Below, piece after piece: positions 26,579 to 34,470 of a DNA stretch of 41,696 nt; within the stretch, counting starts at the first letter, position 1, and each line of letters opens with the position of its first letter. A model generated the notes under the pieces. The model was given only the letters and a program-made list of their open reading frames with translations. It was not told where the DNA came from and did no database searches. A program made the position numbers and the translations under genes. Source of the stretch: Thermoplasmata archaeon (GTDB taxonomy: Archaea; Thermoplasmatota; Thermoplasmata; Lutacidiplasmatales; UBA184). The stretch is taken from assembly GCA_030037695.1 (NCBI GenBank), contig JASHQF010000040.1, forward strand, positions 1 through 41,696, read 5' to 3'.

Positions 26579-27339
26579 CCGACCTCGGGCCGGCGCGGTC
26601 GCCGCACCTCAGGGCTGGGCGCGGGCGGGGCGGCGGGGCCGGGGATCCCCGGCAGCGGCACGTCGCCGCCCTCCACGGCCGTGAGCAACCGCAGCATCGC
26701 GGGGAACAGCGAGTGGCGGGCGCGTTCGGGGTCGAGGGTGTACGCTCGCTCGTAGGCGGCGATCGCCTCTTCCTGGTCGCCGAGGGAGAGGAGGGAGAGC
26801 GCGAGATCGAGCCAGCTCTTCACCTCGCGCGCGCCCTCGCGGGCCCCCCCCTCGTCGACGTGGTCGTCGAACCGTCCGCCCGCGAACGACGGGGTCGCGA
26901 GCGGCCGGGCCCCCGTCTCGCGCTCGGCCGGCACCTCGCGGGAGAGGACCAGCGCGCGCTCGAACGCCGACGAGGCGCCCCGCTCGTCCCCGGACTCGGC
27001 GAGGGCGACCCCGAGGCGGTGCCAGGCGACGACGTCGTCCGGCGCGATCGCGACCGCCCGCCGGTACGCCTCCGCGGCGTCCTTCCACTCGTCCTGCTGG
27101 GAGCGGGCGACCCCGAGGTGGAACCAGGCCTCGGCGTTGGACGGAGCGAGGGCGACCGCCCGGGCGAGCGCCGCCTCGGCGTCGTTCGCCCGGCCGAGGT
27201 GGGCGAGCGCGATCCCGTAGTACGACCAGGCGGCCGCGTGCGTCGGGGTCTCCCGGATCACCTCGAGGAACGCCCGGACGGCGGGCTCGTACTCCCGGTT
27301 CCGGAACCGCTGGAGGCCGACATCGAAGCGGCTCGTCAT
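26575..27339 (-). CDS. TPR-repeat protein
   Basis: At least four 34-aa repeats with the W/Y-x-x-G-x-A...A-x-x-A/Y...A-x-x-x-P pattern (AAWSYYGIALAHLGRANDAEAALARAVALAPSNAEAWFHLGVA...). Confidence 0.8.
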   Translation of the reverse strand: MTSRFDVGLQRFRNREYEPAVRAFLEVIRETPTHAAAWSYYGIALAHLGRANDAEAALARAVALAPSNAEAWFHLGVARSQQDEWKDAAEAYRRAVAIAPDDVVAWHRLGVALAESGDERGASSAFERALVLSREVPAERETGARPLATPSFAGGRFDDHVDEGGAREGAREVKSWLDLALSLLSLGDQEEAIAAYERAYTLDPERARHSLFPAMLRLLTAVEGGDVPLPGIPGPAAPPAPSPEVRRPRRPEVG

Positions 27340-27366
27340 CCCGGCGGCGGGGGGTGCGCCCCGGGC

Positions 27367-27374
27367 AAGAAAAG
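27367..27374 (-). promoter_or_regulatory. T-rich TATA-like CTTTTCTT (minus strand)
   Basis: Lies 27 nt upstream of the TPR gene ATG at 27339. Confidence 0.3.
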
Positions 27375-27586
27375 CCTGCCGCCCGAGAGGGCGCGGCGAC
27401 CGGGGGCCGCCCGCGGGGCCCGCGAGGGTTATATCCCCGTGGCTCCGTCGGTCCCCAAGGAATCCGCGAGTCCGGCCCGATCGAGCGTCCTGCCCGTCCT
27501 AGTTCTGCGACGAGTGTTCGCACGAGGCGAGACCCCTCCCTGATTCCGAAGCGAACCGAAACGCAGACCAAGGGGCGAGACGAACG

Positions 27587-28081
27587 ATGGTGGACAAGCC
27601 GTTGACCAAGGTGCGAGACCTAACGCCGAACTCGAAGCAAGTGAACGTGCTCGCGAAGGTGATCAACATCGGCGAGGCGAAGGAAGTGATGGGCAAGTTC
27701 GGGGACCCGAGGAAGGTCTGCGAAGCCGTCGTCGGCGACGACACGGCGACGATCATCCTCTCCCTCTGGAACGAGCAGATCGGCTCGATCGCGAAGGACG
27801 AAGTCGTCCTCGTCGACAACGGCTACGTCTCGCTCGTCCGCGGCCACATGCGCCTCAACGTCGGACGCTACGGGAACCTCTCGAAGTCGTCCGAGGCGCT
27901 CGGGGAGATCAACCAGTCCCTCGACATGAGCCAGCAGGAGTTCGAGAGCGAGCGCCGCTCGTTCGGCGGCGGCGGCTACCGCGACCGGGGCGGAGGCTAC
28001 GGCAGCCGCTACGGGGGCGGCGGCGGGGGCGGCGGGGGGAGCGGGGGGCGCGAGCGCTCCGACTCCTACAAGCGCTACTAG
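27587..28081 (+). CDS. ssb: Single OB-fold ssDNA-binding protein (crenarchaeal/Sulfolobus-type SSB) with RGG/Gly-rich tail
   Basis: KVRDLTPNSKQVNVLAKVINIGEAKEV...CEAVVGDDTATIILSLWNEQIGSIAKDEVVLVDNGYVSLVRGHMRLNVG is colinear with Sulfolobus SSB (NLKPNMESVNVTVRVLE...[29 protein letters not shown]). The tail is GGGGYRDRGGGYGSRYGGGGGGGGGSGGRE. Confidence 0.85.
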   Translation: MVDKPLTKVRDLTPNSKQVNVLAKVINIGEAKEVMGKFGDPRKVCEAVVGDDTATIILSLWNEQIGSIAKDEVVLVDNGYVSLVRGHMRLNVGRYGNLSKSSEALGEINQSLDMSQQEFESERRSFGGGGYRDRGGGYGSRYGGGGGGGGGSGGRERSDSYKRY

Positions 28082-28108
28082 CGCCCGAACGCGACGCGCG
28101 GGGCCCGA

Positions 28109-28130
28109 ACCCTTTCCTCCCTTTCCCTTC
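28109..28130 (+). terminator. pyrimidine/T-tract candidate terminator after ssb
   Basis: ACCCTTTCCTCCCTTTCCCTTC begins 28 nt after the ssb TAG. Short T-runs like this are very rare in this genome. The archaeal oligo-T terminator model applies only weakly, since the runs are T3. Confidence 0.25.
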
Positions 28131-28148
28131 GACTCGACCGAGATTGCA

Positions 28149-28155
28149 TTAAATA
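28149..28155 (+). promoter_or_regulatory. TATA box TTAAATA
   Basis: Same heptamer as the atp promoter. Lies 27 nt upstream of ATG 28183. Confidence 0.5.
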
Positions 28156-28182
28156 GCCCGCCCGCTCCGCCGACCGCCGACG

Positions 28183-28863
28183 ATGGCCGACGATCCCCGG
28201 GAGCTCACGCTCTACGTGCAGTCGAAGAAGGCGGTGACGACGTTCTACCGCCCCGCCGCCCCCGCGACCCCGATCCCCGGCGGCCCGATCCACGTCGGGG
28301 CCGCCCCGTCGAACCTCGAGGGGCCGGCGGAGGGGGACAGCGCCCCGGTCTACTTCCTCTCCGACGACCAGTCCCGCTGCTGCGCCCTCGTCGAGGAGCT
28401 CGTGGCCCACCGCGGCTACAAGCTCAAGGTCGTCGACATCGAGAAGGTCGGCCGCCTGGAGCGGCTCGTCACGGAGCACCTGCGGGGGGTCCAGACGTTC
28501 CCCGTCCTCGTCGCTCCGAACGGCCAGCGCCTCCAGGGCACCGAGCAGTTCACCGAGGAGAACCTCGCCGCGTTCATGCCGACGGAGCTCCGCAGCGTCC
28601 GGGCGATGACGTACCTCAAGATCCGCGGCGGCGACATGGACCACATCCGCCGGATGCTGGAGGGCCTGCCCGAGGTCAAGGAGCTCCACTTCCTCACGGG
28701 CGACTGGGACATCCTGGTCGTCCTCGAGTTCCCCCCGGCGTCCGGGAACAAGCGCCGGGTCCTCGACTTCGTCACCGAGCGGATCCGCGGGATCCCCCAG
28801 GTGGTCGATACCTCGACCGTCGTCCCCGAGTTCACGGTGACGAAGTTCCCGACGTCGGCCTAG
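28183..28863 (+). CDS. Fusion protein: thioredoxin/glutaredoxin-like fold (no CxxC) + Lrp/AsnC-type RAM (ligand-binding) domain
   Basis: The N-terminal half, PVYFLSDDQSRCCALVEELVAHRGYKLKVVDIEK...FPVLVAPNGQRLQG, has the Grx-like beta-alpha-beta...cis-Pro layout. The C-terminal half, AMTYLKIRGGDMDHIRRMLEGLPEVKELHFLTGDWDILVVLEF...FVTERIRGIPQVVDTSTVV, is the AsnC_trans_reg pattern. No HTH is present. Confidence 0.6.
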   Translation: MADDPRELTLYVQSKKAVTTFYRPAAPATPIPGGPIHVGAAPSNLEGPAEGDSAPVYFLSDDQSRCCALVEELVAHRGYKLKVVDIEKVGRLERLVTEHLRGVQTFPVLVAPNGQRLQGTEQFTEENLAAFMPTELRSVRAMTYLKIRGGDMDHIRRMLEGLPEVKELHFLTGDWDILVVLEFPPASGNKRRVLDFVTERIRGIPQVVDTSTVVPEFTVTKFPTSA

Positions 28864-31800
28864 CGTCGCGCGGGACGGCGCGCGCGGCGGCGACGGGGGA
28901 CGACCGGGATCCGTCGCCGCGCCGGCTCGGTCTGCGCGGGGGCCCCGGGCTCGGGGGTCCCGTAGAGCGGCTCCACCGTGAGCGGGTGGTCCTCGAGCCA
29001 GGCGACGCCCTCGACGTAGGCGGAGAACGCCTCGAGGCTCGTGAACAGGGGGATCCCGAGCTCCACCGTTCGCCGCCTTAGGACGTACTCGTCCTCGAGC
29101 ATCCGCTCGAGCTTCTCCTGGGTGAGGGAGAGGGGAACGTTGAGGAGGAGATCGATCTCGCCGCGGTCGAGCGCCTCGAGGACGTTCGGGTGACGGTCCG
29201 GTTCGGAGACCTTGTGGAGGACCCGGACCGCGCGGAGCCCGCGCGCCGCGAGGAACGCGCCCGTGTCCTCGGTCGCCGCCAGCTTGTGCCCGAGCTCCCG
29301 CAGGCGACGCGCGACGGGAAGGAGCTCCTCCTTGAGGTGGGGCCCGCCGACCGAGAGGAACGCGGTCCCGCCGGGCGGGATCAGGCGGACCCCGGTCGCG
29401 ACCAACGCCTTCACGAGCGCGTCCGGGAACGTCGGGCCGAAGCAGGCGACCTCGCCGGTCGATTGCATCTCGACGCCGAGCAGGGGGTCGGAGCCGCTCA
29501 GCTGCAGGAACGAGAACTGCGGCACCTTCACCCCCCAGCGGCCCGGCGGGAGCTCCGCGACCCCCTCGCGGCGGAGCGGACGGCCGAGCATCGCCCGGGC
29601 CGCCTCGCGCAGGAACGGGACGCCCGCCGCCTTCGTGAGGAACGGGAGGGAGCGGCTCGCCCGCAGGTTGAGCTCGATCACCTGGAACGCCGCCCCCTGG
29701 ACGAGGAACTGGACGTTGAACGGGCCGAGGATGTGCAGGGTGCGGGCGAGCCGGCCCGCGGCGTCGACCAGGGCCGCCTGGACGGCGGGCGGGGTGTGGC
29801 GGGGCGGCAGGCAGAAGATCGCGTCCCCGGAGTGGACGCCGGCCTGCTCGACGTGCTCGAGGATCCCGGCGACGAGCACCCGCTCGCCGTCCGAGATCGC
29901 GTCGAGCTCGACCTCGTCGGCCCCCTCCACGAACTTCGTGATCACGACCGGATGCTCGGGCGAGACCCGCGCGGCCCGGGAGAGGAACCGGGCCAGGTCG
30001 GCGCGCCCGGCGAGGACTCGCATCGCTTGGCCGCTCAGCACGTACGATGGGCGGACGAGGACCGGGTAGCCCACGCGGTCGGCGAACCGTTCGGCCTCCT
30101 CGATCGTCGTGAACGCGTTCCACGCCGGCTGGGGGATCCCGAGCGTCTCCAACAGACGACCGAACCGGGCCCGGTCCTCCGCGGCGTCGATCGCGTCGGG
30201 CGAGGTCCCGAGGACCCGGATCCCGCAGGCGGCGAGGAGCGGCGTCAGGTTCTGCGCGAGCTGGCTCCCGACGCAGGTGACGATCCCGTCGAACGTTTCG
30301 AAGTCGTGGAGGTCGCGGATCCGCTCGAGCGTGATCTCCTCGAAATAGAGCCGGTCCGAGCGGTCGTAGTCGGTCGACACGGTCTCCGGGTTCGAGTTGA
30401 GGAGGGCGACCCCCGCGACCCCTTCCGCGCGGAGCCCGTCGACGAGGTTCATCGTCGACCAGTCGAACTCGACGCTCGAGCCGATCCGGTACGGCCCGGC
30501 CCCGACGACGAGCGCGGAGCCCCGCGGCATCGGGGCGACGTCGTCCGCGTCCCCCCGGTAGGTGAGGTAGAGGTAGTTCGTCCGCGCCGGCCACTCCCCG
30601 GCGAGGGTGTCGATCATGCGGACCCGCGGGCGGATCCCCGCGGCGAGCCGGAGCCGGCGCACGCTCTCCTCGTCGAGGCGCACGGCGCGCCCGATCGCTC
30701 GGTCGGAGAAGCCGAGCTCCTTCGCGTCCCTCAGTAGCCCGGCCGGGATCGCGCCGCCCGGGACCGCGGCGAGCCTCCGATCGGTCGCCTCGACGTCGGC
30801 GAGGGCGTCGACGAACCACCGGTCGATCCAGGAGGTCGCGCTCACCTCGGCGGGGTCGAGCCCGCCGCGCAGCGCCTCGAGGACGACGGAGAGGATCTGC
30901 GGGGTCGGTGCGGCGAGGTCGGCGAGGATCGCCGGACGCTCCCGGGTCTCCCGAGGGGGCAGGAGGTCGGCCCGGGGGTCGGCCATCCGCACCGCCTTCG
31001 CGAGCGCCTCGGGGAACGACGCGCCGATCCCCATCGCCTCCCCGACCGACTTCATCGACGGACCGAGCCGGCGGTCGGCGCGCTCGAACTTGTCGAGGTC
31101 CCAGCGCGGGAGCTTCACGACGACGTAGTCGAGCGACGGTTCGAAGCAGGCGGTCGTCACCCCGGTGATCCGGTTCTTGAGCTCGGGGAGCGTGTAGCCG
31201 AGCGCGAGCTTCGCCGCGACGTAGGCGAGCGGGTAGCCGGTCGCCTTGCTGGCGAGCGCGCTCGATCGGCTGAGGCGGGCGTTGATCTCGATCGCGTAGT
31301 ACTCCTCGCTCTCGGGGTCCAGGCAGAACTGGATGTTGCACTCCCCGACGATCCCGCACGCCGCGACCGCCCGCAGGGCGGCCTGGCGCAGCCGCTGGTA
31401 CTCGGCGTCGGTGAGCGTCTGGCTCGGGGCGATGACGATGTTGTCGCCCGTATGGACCCGCATCCCGAGGACGTTCTCCATGTTGCAGACGGTGAGCGCG
31501 TTCCCCCGGGCGTCGCGCACCACCTCGTACTCGATCTGCTTGAACGTCCCGACGTACCGCTCCAGCAGCACCTGGCCGACCGGGCTGGCCCGGAGCCCCC
31601 GGGCGACCGCCTCCTCGAGCTCGGCCCGGTCCCGGGCGACCCCGCCTCCCTTGCCGCCGAGGGTGTAGGCGACGCGCAGCATCACGGGGTAGCCGAGCTC
31701 CTCGGCCGCCGCCCGCGCCTCGTCCAGGGAATAGACCGCGTGGCTCGGGAGCGTCGGGACCCGGGCCCGCGCCATCGTCCGCACGAACCGCGCCCGATCC

Positions 31801-32177
31801 TCGGTCGCGCGGATGCCCGCGAGCGGCGTCCCCAGCACCTTCGTGCCCGAGCGGGAGAGCGCGCCGCGATCGGCGAGATCGATCCCGCAGTTGAGGGCGG
31901 TCTGGCCGCCGAACGACAGGAGGAGGCCGTCGGGCCGCTCCGCCTCGAGGATCGGGGCGACGAACTCGGCGAGCAGCGGCTGGAAGTAGACCTTCCCGTG
32001 CCGCGGCGGATCGGTCTGGAGCGTGGCGATGTTCGGGTTGACCACGACGGCGTAGACGCCGTCCTCCTCGAGCGCTTTCAGGCACTGGCTCCCGGAGTAG
32101 TCGAACTCCCCCGCCTCACCGATCTTGAGCGCTCCGCTGCCGAGCAGCACCGCCTTTGCGGGGAGCGACGGGGTCAT
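28860..32177 (-). CDS. carB: Carbamoyl-phosphate synthase large subunit
   Basis: Start at ATG 32175-32177 (MTPSLPAKAVLLGSGALKIGEAGEFDYSGSQ), overlapping the carA TGA. Duplicated ATP-grasp halves are present (IVIAPSQTLTD..., ECNIQF, GVHSGDAI) with an MGS-like C-terminus. 1105 aa. Confidence 0.95.
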   Translation of the reverse strand: MTPSLPAKAVLLGSGALKIGEAGEFDYSGSQCLKALEEDGVYAVVVNPNIATLQTDPPRHGKVYFQPLLAEFVAPILEAERPDGLLLSFGGQTALNCGIDLADRGALSRSGTKVLGTPLAGIRATEDRARFVRTMARARVPTLPSHAVYSLDEARAAAEELGYPVMLRVAYTLGGKGGGVARDRAELEEAVARGLRASPVGQVLLERYVGTFKQIEYEVVRDARGNALTVCNMENVLGMRVHTGDNIVIAPSQTLTDAEYQRLRQAALRAVAACGIVGECNIQFCLDPESEEYYAIEINARLSRSSALASKATGYPLAYVAAKLALGYTLPELKNRITGVTTACFEPSLDYVVVKLPRWDLDKFERADRRLGPSMKSVGEAMGIGASFPEALAKAVRMADPRADLLPPRETRERPAILADLAAPTPQILSVVLEALRGGLDPAEVSATSWIDRWFVDALADVEATDRRLAAVPGGAIPAGLLRDAKELGFSDRAIGRAVRLDEESVRRLRLAAGIRPRVRMIDTLAGEWPARTNYLYLTYRGDADDVAPMPRGSALVVGAGPYRIGSSVEFDWSTMNLVDGLRAEGVAGVALLNSNPETVSTDYDRSDRLYFEEITLERIRDLHDFETFDGIVTCVGSQLAQNLTPLLAACGIRVLGTSPDAIDAAEDRARFGRLLETLGIPQPAWNAFTTIEEAERFADRVGYPVLVRPSYVLSGQAMRVLAGRADLARFLSRAARVSPEHPVVITKFVEGADEVELDAISDGERVLVAGILEHVEQAGVHSGDAIFCLPPRHTPPAVQAALVDAAGRLARTLHILGPFNVQFLVQGAAFQVIELNLRASRSLPFLTKAAGVPFLREAARAMLGRPLRREGVAELPPGRWGVKVPQFSFLQLSGSDPLLGVEMQSTGEVACFGPTFPDALVKALVATGVRLIPPGGTAFLSVGGPHLKEELLPVARRLRELGHKLAATEDTGAFLAARGLRAVRVLHKVSEPDRHPNVLEALDRGEIDLLLNVPLSLTQEKLERMLEDEYVLRRRTVELGIPLFTSLEAFSAYVEGVAWLEDHPLTVEPLYGTPEPGAPAQTEPARRRIPVVPRRRRARRPARR

Positions 32178-33319
32178 GCCTTGCGCCTCACCTTGCGGGC
32201 GAACTCGTCGAAGACGAAGCCGGCCTCCTGGGGCCCCGGATGCCCCTCGGGATGGCCCTGGAGCGCGAACGTCCTCCCCCGCCGGTCCCGCAGGCCCTCG
32301 AGCGTCCCGTCGTCCGGGTTCGACGCCCACGGTTCCAGCCCGGAACCGCCGAGCGAGGCGGGGTCGACGGCGTAGCCGTGGTTCTCGCTGACGATCAGCG
32401 CCCGACCGTCCGGGAAGCAGATCGTCTTGTTCTGGCCCCGGTGGCCGTACTTGAGCTTGAACGTCGAGCCGCCGCGCGATAGTGCGATCAGCTGGTGGCC
32501 GAGGCAGATCCCGAGCGTGACGAGCTCCCGGTTCGAGGGCCGACGCAGCTCCTCGACGACCGGGGCGAGGACCGAAGGGTCCCCCGGCCCGTTGCCGACG
32601 AGCAATCCCCGGACCGGACGGCCGTGCCAGCGCGCCGGTACCTCATGGTCGTGCGGCAGGCGGAGGACGCTCAGGCCCCGGTCGAGCAGCGCCCGGACGA
32701 TGCTCGACTTCACGCCGCAGTCGATCACGGCGACGAGCGGGCCGCCGTTGCGCGCGAGGAACGTCGGGCGACGGGGGGAGACCTCCCCGACGAGGTCCTC
32801 CTCGGCGTACGCGGGCGCCCGCGCGAGCTCCGCCCGGAGCTCCTCGTCCGTGGGGCGGCGCTCGGAGCGACCGACGTCGAGGACCGCGCGCAGGACGCCG
32901 CGCGCCCGGAGGTGCTCGGTGAGCCGACGGGTGTCGACCCCCCGGATCCCGGGGACGCCGGCGCCGCGCAGCCAGTCGTCGAGCGACCGGTCCATCGCCC
33001 AGTGGTGGGGCCGCGTCGTGCCCCGCACCACGACCCCACGCACCTGGAGCTCCGGGCTCTCGAGGAGCGGGAGGCCATCGTGGTCCCGCGAGGCCGGCGA
33101 CGGGACCCCGTAGTTCCCGAGGAGGGGATAGGTGAACGCGAGGATCTGCCCCCGGTACGACGGATCGGTGAGCGCCTCGGGATAGCCGACCATCCCCGTG
33201 GAGAAGACGGCCTCCCCGGTCCGACGCGTCGTCGCCCCGAAGCCGATCCCCTCGAACCGCGTGCCGTCCTCGAGAAATAGCGTCCCCCGCAGCGGCGCGT
33301 CGACCGCGTCGGCGGGCAC
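32174..33319 (-). CDS. carA: Carbamoyl-phosphate synthase small (glutaminase) subunit
   Basis: LFLEDGTRFEGIGFGA, FTYPLLGNYG, the catalytic GICLGHQL and a HGHRG.N...H.Y-type triad (YGHRGQNK...ENHGYAV) are present. GTG start at 33319. Confidence 0.95.
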   Translation of the reverse strand: MPADAVDAPLRGTLFLEDGTRFEGIGFGATTRRTGEAVFSTGMVGYPEALTDPSYRGQILAFTYPLLGNYGVPSPASRDHDGLPLLESPELQVRGVVVRGTTRPHHWAMDRSLDDWLRGAGVPGIRGVDTRRLTEHLRARGVLRAVLDVGRSERRPTDEELRAELARAPAYAEEDLVGEVSPRRPTFLARNGGPLVAVIDCGVKSSIVRALLDRGLSVLRLPHDHEVPARWHGRPVRGLLVGNGPGDPSVLAPVVEELRRPSNRELVTLGICLGHQLIALSRGGSTFKLKYGHRGQNKTICFPDGRALIVSENHGYAVDPASLGGSGLEPWASNPDDGTLEGLRDRRGRTFALQGHPEGHPGPQEAGFVFDEFARKVRRKA

Positions 33320-33465
33320 GTCCGTCGGGAACCCGACGCGTGCGAGGAGGTCCGCGGTCCTTAACGCTTGCCGTCGCGCCGGTCCCGCGCCGGGCCCGGA
33401 GCCCGGGCCGGGGCGTTCCGCGCCCCGGGCGAGCCATCAAATCTCCCGCTCGGCGTGCGACCCCC

Positions 33466-34461
33466 GTGACGGGGCTGCCCCGCCTCAAGGACTCGTACGA
33501 CTTCGTGATCCTCGGCGGGGGTCACGCGGGGCTGCAGGCCGCGGTCAAGGCCGCGCTCCTGCGCAGAACGGCCGCGGTGATCGATCGCGGGCCGAAGTAC
33601 TCGCGTTCGTACTACGCCCCGAAGATGGCGAACATCCCGGGCTTCCCGGAGGGGATCTCGGGCCACGAGCTCCTGGACCGCCAGCTCGCGGCGGCGCGGG
33701 GCCTCGGCGACTGGATCGACCTGTTCTCGCCCGGGGTCGCGCTCGGGGCCGAGCGCGCCGACGACGGCTTCCGCGCGTCGTTCGACTGGCTGCGGCAGCG
33801 GCTCGTCGCCCGGGGCCGGGCCCTGGTCCTCGCGCTCGGGGTCGTCGACCGGATCCCCGAGGTCGGGGGCAAGATCGACCCGATCTTCCCGTGGGCGAAC
33901 CAGGCGATCGTCGACTTCTGCATCCTCTGCGACGGCCACGACCTCGCCGGCCGGTCCGTCGGGGTGATCGGCCACGACGCGTTCGCGGCGCGCACGGTCC
34001 TGGACGTCCTCGCGTTCGCTCCGAGCTCCGTCGAGCTGCTCACGCACGGTCGGCCGTTGTTGGACGGCGCCGACGAGACGGAGCGCGGGCAGCTCGCCGG
34101 GGAACTCGCCCAGCGCCGGGTCCCGATCGTCCCGGCCGAGATCGTGGGGTTCGACGAGATCCGGGAGCACCGGTTCGGGGTCCGGTTCGCCGACGGGAGC
34201 CATCGCTCCTACGATCGGGGCTTCTCCGCGCTCGGCTGGTACGAGCGGCACGCGGCGGTCCCGCGCTCGCTCGGGGCCGCCTTCGACGCGGACGGCTACG
34301 TCCTCACCGACGACGACAGCCGGGTCTTGAGCGCCGGGGACGGTCGGCCGATCCCGGGGCTGTACTGCGCGGGGGACCTCGCCCACGGCTGGAACCAGAT
34401 CCCCGAAGCGTGGGCGGCCGCGGAACGGGCGGTCATCCACGCGTGGGCCGACTTCCTGTAG
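33466..34461 (+). CDS. Thioredoxin-reductase-like flavoprotein disulfide oxidoreductase
   Basis: The FAD motif YDFVILGGGHAGLQAA, the redox-active CILCDG (TrxR has CATCDG) and the C-terminal YCAGDLA are present. GTG 33466 is in frame with track ORF 33340. Confidence 0.8.
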   Translation: MTGLPRLKDSYDFVILGGGHAGLQAAVKAALLRRTAAVIDRGPKYSRSYYAPKMANIPGFPEGISGHELLDRQLAAARGLGDWIDLFSPGVALGAERADDGFRASFDWLRQRLVARGRALVLALGVVDRIPEVGGKIDPIFPWANQAIVDFCILCDGHDLAGRSVGVIGHDAFAARTVLDVLAFAPSSVELLTHGRPLLDGADETERGQLAGELAQRRVPIVPAEIVGFDEIREHRFGVRFADGSHRSYDRGFSALGWYERHAAVPRSLGAAFDADGYVLTDDDSRVLSAGDGRPIPGLYCAGDLAHGWNQIPEAWAAAERAVIHAWADFL

Positions 34462-34470
34462 ACCGGACGG

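Noticed and set aside
27960-28060. GGC/GGG-rich tandem-like DNA repeat
   Set aside because: It is the coding sequence of the Gly/Arg-rich SSB tail, in frame and continuous with the OB domain. It is not a CRISPR, satellite or mobile-element repeat.
28078-32085. 1335-aa minus-strand ORF overlapping carB in another frame, plus plus-strand ORFs 29190..30737 and 31452..32375
   Set aside because: carB in the third frame has unmistakable CPSase motifs. The alternatives are Arg/Pro/Gly-rich and motif-free.
33391-33420. GC-rich palindromes (e.g. CCGGGCCCGG) in the carA/TrxR-like divergent intergenic region as an operator
   Set aside because: Short G/C-only palindromes are expected by chance at this base composition. 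There is no second half-site or repeat spacing to support a binding site.
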